A stretch of DNA of 63,528 bases, filler included, from Hyphochytrium catenoides (Eukaryota > Protista > Hyphochytriomycota), in the NCBI GenBank assembly GCA_900088475.1. It is 9 parts of 9 records of this genome, joined end to end, with 100 filler letters (N's around TTAATTAATTAA, not from the genome) between each part and the next. Parts side by side here need not be neighbours in the genome. Positions count along the whole stretch, not along the records: positions 1 to 3,443 come from FLMG01000038.1; positions 3,544 to 5,549 come from FLMG01000151.1; positions 5,650 to 15,481 come from FLMG01003596.1; 6 more parts are not named here. One strand, 5' to 3'. The translations under genes and the position numbers were made by a program. This document shows positions 1-9,070 of this stretch, piece by piece. Each line of letters opens with the position of its first letter. The first letter of the stretch is position 1. The notes beneath the pieces were generated by a model. The model had not been told where the DNA came from. It saw nothing but the letters and a program-made list of their open reading frames with translations, and made no database searches.

Positions 1-339
1 GACTCTCTAAAAGCGCAACTCAATACTTTTCCCTCTAAGTCTAGAACTCTACCTTTCCTAAAACCCTGGATAAGACCAAAGTAAAAGAACAACAACCACA
101 AAGAGTCAGATGAAAGAACGTGAGAGAATAGTTTGATCCTCAACAGAAAATAGCATTTTATGAAGATCGCCAATACAGAAAAGCTTGATGCTGATAAAAG
201 ATTCTCCATACTAGCTAGCGATGAAGCAATCAGAGAACAATGTGGAACTATCCAGAGGCCTTGACGAGTTTATCGAAAAGGTTAAGAAAAAGACATCTTA
301 ACAACAACCTCGCTGTTCACCATCGCACATCAAGATATC

Positions 340-883
340 TGTGCAGTGGGGACCACCAAGGATCGGACGGGTCGTGACGCGATCAAAGACCCGTGACCCG
401 TTTGGACTTTCGCTTAATGGTCAAGTCATTCAGGTCATGACTTATTCGGACGGGCGGCGCTCCCCGTCACAAGTAGTTCAAGTCATGACCCGGCCTCCAC
501 TTAGGATTGTGTGAAGTAACTTGGGTCTTCTGTGAGTCCTCAGGTCATCAGCAGGTCGTCCGGGTCACAAGAAAGTCGTGGGATAGTCTATCCGGTCGTC
601 AGGAGGGGGTCCTCTTCAAGTCAGAGCCTTTGGGAACGGTTCTAAGCGACTCTTATCAATACAGCAGGCAAGCCTGAGGGCTCGCCCTTTTAGATAGGGG
701 TAATCCAGCTGTAGTGATTCTATACATCCTACCCACTACTTCAGGACCCACACCCATCCTCATCCTCGGTGGCTCCACTGCCACCGACTTCAGCCACTCA
801 CCTGGAACAGATCAGAGCTTCACTCTATATAGTTCAGTCTGCATTTCCCCGTCTTGAACCCATCTGCCTTGTACTTCACCACA
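340..883 (+). mobile_element. Putative 5' LTR of a Ty3/Gypsy-like retrotransposon
   Basis: Begins TGTG at an AT-to-GC composition shift and ends CACA directly before a PBS-like motif and gag. No second LTR is available to confirm the 5' boundary. Confidence 0.45.
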
Positions 884-895
884 TGGTAGCTGAGC
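884..895 (+). promoter_or_regulatory. Primer binding site (tRNA-iMet-like) TGGTAGCTGAGC
   Basis: TGG follows the LTR-terminal CA. Resembles the known iMet PBSs TGGTATCAGAGC and TGGTAGCAGAG. Confidence 0.6.
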
Positions 896-1050
896 TTTAC
901 CTCGTGGGCGAGGGACGAGCTTGGGAGGAGCTTGCGAGAAGTGACCGAGGAGGGCACATTTTTGCGCTGAGAGAGTAGAAAGGAGAGAGAGGAGAGAGGA
1001 AGGAGGACCAGGGCGAGGAGAAGGGAAGAGGAAGCACAGCAGGAGGGAAG

Positions 1051-2930
1051 ATGGTCGAGACGAGAGGAAGGACAACCAGAACGGCCGCAGGGGGCCGAGT
1101 AGTGGAAGGCGGGCTAGGAGCCGCAGGCAGGGAGCTGCCGGCAGCGGAGAAGGTAGAAGCGCTTATGGCGGGCGGCGTCGGGCGGCCACTTCGTCCAACC
1201 AACGCCGCCGGGCGACTGACGCAAGGGCCAGTCAACAAGCGGAGGCTGCTCCGCCGGTGCAGAGCCTACCTGAGCCGGACGCCACCACGCCGCTCACACA
1301 ACGGGAGGTTATGCTGGTATCGGCTGTGGTGGCAGCGTCCATTCGACAGTTGGAGCAACGCGGGCAGAACGGCGCTCATGAGTCACAGCTTAGGGAAAGG
1401 GCAGCGCAGTTGTTGCAGGAGGTCCACAGAGACTCCACAAGGCCAGAAAGGACTGGCCGACGGGCACAGAGGGGTGCCGAGAGCGCAGGGGAGCACAGGA
1501 GCTCCGCGGCGCCAGAAAGGACTGGCCGACAGGCACACAGGAGTGCCAATAGCGCAGGGCAGCACAGGAGCTCCGCGGCGCCGGAAAGGACTGGCCGACG
1601 GGCACACAGGAGTGCCAATAGAACACAGGAGCACAGGAGCTCCGCGACGCCAGAAAGGACTGGCCGACAGGCGCACGGGAGCGCCGAAGAGGCGCAGACA
1701 AGCACCCCGGAGGAGGAGGCAAAGGAGCTCGAATTTGAGGCTGAGGACAGTGAGGAGGAGAGGCCTCAACCGCGGCGCCTCATGGATACCTTCTCCATGT
1801 CAGGGGAGGAGTCGGCACCGGAGACAGAGCCAGAAGACAGGCTCAGATCAGGAAGCAGGACGCGGAAGGAATACCATGAAGGCTGGAGGAGGTCTGGGAG
1901 CTGGCGGGATGAATGGCCAGCGGTATTAGACAGAGGAATGGATAGTGCCGAATCAGACACAGAAGGGAAGTCAGCAAGGACTAGAGAGGAGTCACAGCTG
2001 TCGACTAGTGACCGCGAGAGCCTGCCAATCTTCGATGGCACCTGCCGGTTTCGGCAACACCTCAAGAAGTTGCAAGAGGTGACGAACAGATGGAGTGCTG
2101 CAAAGAGGGTGCGGGCCTTAGAGCTCTCCATCAGCAAACAGTATCGACACGTACTGAATCTCGTAACACCGCAGGATCGGACTACCTATAGTCGCTTAAG
2201 TGCCGTGTTACAGAAGGAATTGGACGGCGACTCCCACGGCAGCAAGGGGCGATAGCCTATCGAGCAGACTAAGGCCGAGTTGGAGGAGCAAAGCGCCCCA
2301 AGCCGAGGTCGGGAGATCGACTGGCTTGACTTTGTCAATCGGAGAGAGGGCCTCCTTAACGAACTTCGCGGGCAATATTGCCGAGCTTACGGTCAACGTG
2401 GCGAGTTGCACTTTGAAAGGATGGCGGCGATGTTGGTCGACGGGGTGCGGCGGCACCCAAGAGAGGGAACTGCGCACCCTCTTGGACAATAGAAAAGACG
2501 CTGCCGTAGACCCGGCTACCTTTATTCAGCTCGCGGATAAGATGCGATCCTTATGAAGAGCAGCTTTGAGCGTCAGCAGACCAGAAAGCAAACCGTCCCA
2601 ACCACAGAGTTTATGTGCCGCACCTGCCAAACTAACGACCACCCTTGGGCGAAGTGCTTGCAGAATCCTAGGAACAAGAGGCAGGAACGGGCGGACTCAG
2701 CAAAAAGGTCCCGGAACCGGGACCTGAAGCCACGTCAAGAGAGGCATTCCGACAAGGACCGAACAAAGGAGCAGAAATCCGTGCCCAAAGCTGATAAGAA
2801 TACACCGCTGGAGGAGGTGGAGTGCTTTATCTGCTACGAAAAAGGCCATTACCGATCAGAATGTCCTGAGCGAGCGGCTGCTAGCGTCAAGCACGTGGAG
2901 GGAAACGGGAGGGAGGCGGGGCAGTCGTGA
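1051..2930 (+). pseudogene. gag: Disrupted retrotransposon gag
   Basis: Pieces lie in two frames (1051-, 1257-2255, 2280-2492, ~2460-2556, 2553-2930), with a premature TAG at 2253-2255 and apparent frameshifts. Two CX2CX4HX4C knuckles: CRTCQTNDHPWAKC and CFICYEKGHYRSEC. Confidence 0.85.
1441..1690 (+). repeat. 69-bp tandem repeat (~3.5 copies) inside gag
   Basis: Unit GCCAGAAAGGACTGGCCGAC... encodes a 23-aa PERTGR..HRS repeat. Confidence 0.9.
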
Positions 2931-2944
2931 CGGCTCCCGTCTCC
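2900..2944 (+). promoter_or_regulatory. -1 programmed ribosomal frameshift signal (gag-pol)
   Basis: G_GGA_AAC heptamer at 2900-2906 in the gag frame, a 5-nt spacer, then a hairpin GGAGGCGGG..AGTCG/CGGCT..CCCGTCTCC (2912-2944). The protease is in the -1 frame. Confidence 0.8.
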
Positions 2945-3325
2945 GCAACAACCACAGTCACGAGCACATCCCCGAACGCCTCTGGAGACAGAGGAGGCGC
3001 AGCGGGAAGAACAATGGACCAGGAGATCCTGCCTCGAGTAGAGTTGCGGGCAAGCATTGTGGACGTACGAGTTCAGGGCCGCACTGCAAGGGCCGAGTTG
3101 GACACAGGCGCACAACTTTCGCTTGTTAATGAGAATTGGTTAAAAGAGCATGGGATAAAAGGCAAGATCGCGGGGAGGAGTCGGATCCTCTATGATGCAC
3201 TGGGCACGGGCTCGATGCGCACAAAAGGGGCGATCGACCTCATCGTAGAACTGGAGGACCACTTTCTACAATGGAAGGTTTTGGTGGTTCAAGGCCTGGC
3301 CACCGACTGTAATATGAGAATCTGA
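2900..3325 (+). pseudogene. pol: Truncated pol: retroviral-type aspartic protease only
   Basis: ARAELDTGAQLSLV catalytic motif. The ORF stops after ...VVQGLATDC, before the expected ILG-D motif. Confidence 0.85.
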
Positions 3326-3443
3326 TGCAGATCTCAAAAGAGTGAGAGAAAGAAGGTGCTCTATCTGTACCTTGGCTGGCCAGGCCTCAGTTCAGCCAAG
3401 CACCACGCAGAGGAAGACTTCGCGGGAACACACGCAAGTAGCA

Positions 3444-3543
3444 NNNNNNNNNNNNNNNNNNNNNNNNNNNNNNNNNNNNNNNNNNNNTTAATTAATTAAN
3501 NNNNNNNNNNNNNNNNNNNNNNNNNNNNNNNNNNNNNNNNNNN
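3444..3543. other. Artificial scaffold spacer N44-TTAATTAATTAA-N44 (other cores at 5594, 15526, 17321, 27823, 39985, 56362, 59590)
   Basis: The same 12-mer, with stops in all six frames, is embedded in Ns eight times. Confidence 0.98.
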
Positions 3544-4290
3544 GGAAGCTAGCGGAGTGGTCCACTCTCGCCAGCAACAAACGACTCCTTGGGTTTTCCT
3601 ACGCGGCCCGGCCCAAGTCAAAGCTATCACCTGCTACTATCTAAGCGACGGGGGGGCGCTTATACAGTATGAGGAACGACGTTTAATTAACATTTGACCA
3701 TAGATAAGAAGCTCTTCCAACACCTAAGGCTAAAAAGTCTAACATTTTCTGATCCTCCGCAGTGGAGCAGTAGTCCGCACTGTTCGATTCATTGTCGGGG
3801 AAGCTAGCGAGTGGTCCACTCTCGCCAGCAACAAACGACCCCTTGGTTTTCCCTACCCGGCCCAAGTCAAGCTATCACCTACTACTACTAGCTAAGCGAC
3901 GGCGGGCGCTTGTACATTTGCCTATACAGTAGACAAGAACAGGAAGGAAGACCATGCCCTCCTCGTAGAGCAGGTACTATTAGATCTCTTCTTCTTCTTC
4001 TTCTACTAATCCTTGTCATTTCCTTTCCGAGGCCTTCCCTGTTTGTTCTCCTTTTGTGTCCAAACTTCCTCCCTCCTGTCTCTGGTGACTACAACAGGAG
4101 AGGGGTGGTGATCGATCGGGGTACGTAGAACGCTTGTTTGATATCGATATGAGGGAATGAAAATCTACCGATCCGCAGTGGAGCAGCAGTAATCCGCACT
4201 CTTCAATTCATCGTCGGGAAGCTAGCGGTGTGGTCCACTCTCGCCAGCAACAAACTACCCGGCTCCAAGTCAACCTTTCACCTACTACAA
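3544..4290. repeat. Three diverged copies of a ~120-170 bp repeat with a hairpin core
   Basis: GCTAGCG(A/G)..GTGGTCCACTCTCGCCAGCAACAAAC recurs at 3548, 3803 and 4221. Confidence 0.85.
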
Positions 4291-4940
4291 TGATGACGAT
4301 AGGATGGATCCTTCCCCCTTCATTATTCCCTTCTTTCTCTTCTGGCTGTTATGCTCCCCTGCTGTTGCCTCCGATGTGTTTTTTTTTGTTTTACTATCAG
4401 AGGAAAATGGCGACACTTGCTCTCCGGCGGTGATGAAGTCTTCTTCTTTTGAATATGGGAATAAAGAACGTGTAGTAGTCGTCACTGTTTCCTTTTGTTT
4501 CATCTCTTGTTGATTTATAATTATTTTAGAAATGAGGACCACTCCTGTGTCTTGGGGTGGGGGTGGATTGTTGACTTTTGTTTCATCTCTTGTTGATCTA
4601 TCATTATAGAATAGAGGACGACTCTTGTGTCTCCGGCGGTAGTAGGGGTGTTGAACAGTCAACAGTTATCAATTGTCGCTTCTTTCTTGTCCATTTTTTT
4701 CTATTCAGTTCAACAATAGACGAAGCGAATAGAACCAAGAGATGCTCAACCGCCAACAAGGACCACCAACTAGCGTGCTTTTTCAGCTGATTCTGAAATA
4801 ATGCTGTTGACTTATTAGGCCGGCTGGTTCTACTTCAAGGTCGTTTGTCTCTGATTCTTTATTTTTCATTGTTTTGTCCATCCTTAGTTCCCCCGGACTA
4901 ACCAGAATCCATGCCTTCTGCCTTCACCTTACTTTCTCCT

Positions 4941-5549
4941 CTGTCACTGGTCGTTAAATATCTAAGTGTGTGTGCCGCCAACCTTCTTCTCCCTTTTTTC
5001 GTCTTCATCATCGTTTGCCCATACTTTATAGAAGTGTTTGTTCTTTCTNNNNNNNNNNNNNNNNNNNNNNNNNNNNNNNNNNNNNNNNNNNNNNNNNNNN
5101 NNNNNNNNNNNNNNNNCGCTTTTTTCGTCTTCATCATCGTTTGCCCATACTTTATAGAAGTGTTTGTTCTTCTTCCGTCACCTTCATAGTCTAGTGTTTG
5201 TTCTTTCTCCGTCACCTTCAATAATCTGTCACTGGTCGTTAATGTTTATATGTGTGTGCCGCCAACCTTCTCCTCGTTTTTTTTTTCGTTTGCCCATACT
5301 TTATAGACGTGTTTGTTCTTTCTCCGTCACCTTCAGTAGTCTGTCACTGGTCGTTAATATCTATATGTGTGTGCCGCCAACCTTCTCCTCGTTTTTGTTC
5401 GTTTGCCCATACTTTATAGACGTGTTTTTTCTTTCTCCGTCACCTTCAATAGTCTGTCACTGGTCGTTAATATTTATATGTGTGTGCCGCCAACCTTCTT
5501 CTCGTTTTTTCGTCTTCATCATCGTTTGCCCATACTTTATAGAAGTGTT
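4941..5549. repeat. ~113-115 bp tandem satellite
   Basis: CTGTCACTGGTCGTTAA recurs at 4941, 5226, 5341 and 5454. Confidence 0.9.
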
Positions 5550-6744
5550 NNNNNNNNNNNNNNNNNNNNNNNNNNNNNNNNNNNNNNNNNNNNTTAATTA
5601 ATTAANNNNNNNNNNNNNNNNNNNNNNNNNNNNNNNNNNNNNNNNNNNNCTTGGGGTCTGATTCACCCTTTTTGCCTCTTCCATTTTTCGCTGCTGTTAT
5701 TGCTGCTCGAATGCCCTCGTCGTATCTGTCATTCCTACAATTCCTGTCTCCTTCCTCCCTACAAGCCTTGTCAGAAGCACGGAGCAGTTCCTCTGTAATC
5801 ATTTTGGACTGCTCTTGAAGGCAATCTGTCCGGATAGGTGTACGATCATGATGACAATATCGTTCTTTCTTTCTCTCAAATGATGCCACGTACGCGCTCA
5901 GCTACTTTAAGGAATCCATATATTTCTTTTAAGTCTCCTTGACTGGGTTGCTTCTTCGTTACCAGTCTTCTACCGTCCTAATCTCTTCTCTGCATGTCTC
6001 AGATGAAGACATCTGCAATCCAGATAAAATCCAGATTGAATTGATCTCTGATAGATCTTCTCACCAGCTGGGTCAAGGACCAAATTCTCATGGTTTGGGG
6101 TGTTACAGTGATAGGCTCATTCTTTCGTTCAAAAGCATTTAATCTCGTAGCTACTTTAGAATTAGGTCTCTTCATAGTGCTGCACAATAGCCTCTGGGTA
6201 GATTCGGGGGAAAAACCGAGGCGTTCAACAGAATTAGGCCGTACCCCAAAATAGGTAAGAAGCAGCTAGGCTTTCTTGGTGTCCGTTTTCCTTTCTTCTC
6301 CTTTCGGTAATTTCTTACTCAAATCTCAATTTTAGGTCTCTCCATAGTCCTGCACAAGCGCTTCTGAGTAGATTCGGAGAATTTCTCTCCTTAGAACCGA
6401 GGGCATCACCAGGATTAGGGAGTACCAAAACTAGATGTACGAAGAAAGTTCGTCTGCCCCTCTTCTGCCCCCGATGTTCTGATGATCTGGTCCTCCTCCT
6501 CTGGCGCCGCAGGGTCTTCGAGTTATAGGAGTTTGGCTTGAGGCTGGCCGCAGCCGCGGCTGCTCTGTGACACTGTGTCCCACAGCGCTTTGGGTCCCTG
6601 AGACAGCCATCTGTTGAGCCTTCATTCAAGCATTTCCAGTATAGGTGACAAGGGAAAAGAGTATAGTTTGCATCGCTCGCAGCTTTGGACGAGAAATCTG
6701 TGAGGTCAGCAACAGAGTTTGGCGCTTACAAGAAGAGACAAATA

Positions 6745-7875
6745 ATGGCAGAAAAGTGGTGTTCAGTAATGCCCAAGGCGGCTACACAGCAGCACGAGTC
6801 TGTGAAGAATTATTATGGCAAAGTCCTAAGCACAACGAAGGATCTGAAGACCAGCGCTTGCACGAATAAAAGCAAGCCAACGAAGGATATCCGCAATATC
6901 CTGAAGCTCATCCCCCACGAGGTCAGGGACAAGTACTATGGCTGTGGGTCAGTTCTTCCAGGTGGGATTGAGAATTCTACCGTGGTGGACCTAGGCTCAG
7001 GCTCAGGCCAAGATTGTTATCTTGCCAGCGCGATAGTGGGGCCGAAAGGCAGTGTCATTGGTATTGACATGACAGATGAACTTTTGGTTACGGCTCGCGA
7101 AAACATCCCGGAGTTTGCCGCCAATCTCGGCTGGTCTCCAAACCTTGAGTTCCGTAAGGGTTTCATAGAATATCTCTCAGATGCTGGCTTGAGGTCAAGT
7201 AGCGTTGACATATGCATTTCCAACTGCGTGCTCAACCTTTCCCCAAGGAAGGATTTGGTGCTGAAGGGCGTCTACGGAATCCTCAAACCTGGCGGGGAGT
7301 TCTTTTTCTCCGACGTCTTCGCTTCCCGACGTCTTCCAGAGGAGCTGAGGAATCATGACATTCTGTTAGGCGAATGCATTGGCGGTGCCCTGTATGTACG
7401 TGACTTCATCCACATCTGCCATCAGGTGGGGTTCGCGGATCCACGACCTATCTCATGCTCAACTATTGAGGTTCAAGATGAGGAGCTTAGCGGTCTGGTG
7501 GGCCCAGCCGTGAAGTTCTACTCGATAACTTTCAGACTATTCAAAGTGGATAACTTAGAGACAACCTGCGAGGACTACGGGCAGATTGCAACGTACAAAG
7601 GAACGATAAAAGGCCATGAGCAGATGTACATTCTGGATGAGAAATATATCTTTGAAGCCCATAAGCCTGTCTTGGTGTGCGGGAACACGGCCACCATATT
7701 GAAGGATACGTACCTCAAGCAGCACTTTGAGCTTGTGGGTGATCGCTCTCGGCACTTCGGGCCGTTCGGGGCCGAAGAAAAAAAAATGATGACCACACCA
7801 TCCCTCTACAGTGCAGCGGGACCCGCAGGAGTCGGAGCCTCGAAAGGAGGTTGCTGCGCATGGGCAATAGAATAG
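6745..7875 (+). CDS. AS3MT: Arsenite S-adenosylmethionine methyltransferase (intronless)
   Basis: Motifs VKNYYGKVL..DLKTSAC, YYGCG, VDLGSGSGQD (SAM binding), ISNCV, GECIGGA, CEDYGQ.A.YKGTI. All four conserved Cys positions are present. First in-frame ATG is 6745. Confidence 0.95.
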   Translation: MAEKWCSVMPKAATQQHESVKNYYGKVLSTTKDLKTSACTNKSKPTKDIRNILKLIPHEVRDKYYGCGSVLPGGIENSTVVDLGSGSGQDCYLASAIVGPKGSVIGIDMTDELLVTARENIPEFAANLGWSPNLEFRKGFIEYLSDAGLRSSSVDICISNCVLNLSPRKDLVLKGVYGILKPGGEFFFSDVFASRRLPEELRNHDILLGECIGGALYVRDFIHICHQVGFADPRPISCSTIEVQDEELSGLVGPAVKFYSITFRLFKVDNLETTCEDYGQIATYKGTIKGHEQMYILDEKYIFEAHKPVLVCGNTATILKDTYLKQHFELVGDRSRHFGPFGAEEKKMMTTPSLYSAAGPAGVGASKGGCCAWAIE

Positions 7876-9070
7876 CTTTGTTTCTAGTGCTTCATCACTT
7901 TCTCTCTTCATAGGCATATTCTTGCTCAGGCTATCTGTCCTATCCGTTGAGCTCCTGCTACCTCGGTGATTGATCACCTTAACTTGTCTCTTCTTTAGTG
8001 CTTCTGCCTCTGTTGTTCACCCTCTGTCCAACTTTTTGGACTAGGAGGGCTTACCTACTCATATGTAATAGCTGGCAAGTTCCTTCAGCTCCCCAGAGAA
8101 TCAGAATGTGGAAGAAGATCCAATCTACTCACCCCGTGTGAAAAGTCCCTGCTGCATCTAACACATAGAGGAACCGACAGTGTATATCAATGTCCGCACT
8201 TTAAGCCGCTGTCCGTGTCTGGTGGATGAGCAGCCTTCAAGCTTCTAATAACCTTTCATCTACGCTCTTCTTAGTCTCTAACTTCCTCGTGCTTTCTCCG
8301 TTCTCCCCGTCCCTTCCCTGCTTCTTGCCTTGTCAATCATCTGCCTCTGTCTGTTGCGCCTCCGCTCCTCTGCAGTAGCACCGCCGCCTCGGGCAACGCG
8401 GCTTCCACATCAGACTCCAGAAGGGGGAGGTTACAAAAACCTTCAGCCCTCCCCCAGGTCTTGTCAACGCTAACCTAACAAGCCGAACCTGACATCCGAA
8501 ATCTAGGAGGCCTTTTTACGCTTTATTCTGAATCTGGCACTTGCCCTTGTCCAGAACGCGGATTTGCCGACATTGCACGAGTCTTTTCTCCCCCCAAAAC
8601 TCTGTCTCTTCTTCTTAGAGCTTTCAGATCTGCACTGTCGGCTTTCTGAAGATCAGGGAACACTCCGTAGACGAGGCTCAGGAGCTAAGAGCGGTAGATA
8701 ATGGCAAGAACTGAGGTGACATTGAAGCAGAGGCAATTATAAAGCTCAGGAGAGGAGAAGATTGACAGCCAGAAAGAACGAGCGAGAGCGCCGGTCAAGA
8801 TCTCATTTTCTCACCCTGGATCATATCTCGCCACTAGCTAGTGCTTGATGTCCCGGGTCCACAGCGCTAGACGACAAAGAGAGGAGGCACCAAGCCCTAG
8901 CCTTGCCGCTTCATACGACTTTTGCTAGTGTCTTTCGCTGTCTTTCCTAGTCCTATTTGGGCCAGCGGCTAAGCAGAGCGCAGAGACTAGGAGGACGAGG
9001 ACTTGAGTTAAACACAGCAGCGCCTGCAAAGAGCAACAGAGCAGGCATAGATCCTGCCAAACAGATAAAT

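Noticed and set aside
2253-2492. Same-frame TAG stops in gag suggesting readthrough or an alternative genetic code
   Set aside because: That frame also meets a TAA soon afterwards, and the gag-like text switches frame. Host genes (AS3MT, STX16, mtHsp70, RBM25) end normally at TAG.
3488-3499. Recurrent palindromic TTAATTAATTAA as a biological motif
   Set aside because: It is always centred in 88 Ns, so it is an assembly linker with six-frame stops.
3544-5549. CRISPR-like repeat-spacer array
   Set aside because: The repeats are over 100 bp, diverged and irregularly spaced, in a eukaryotic context with no cas genes.
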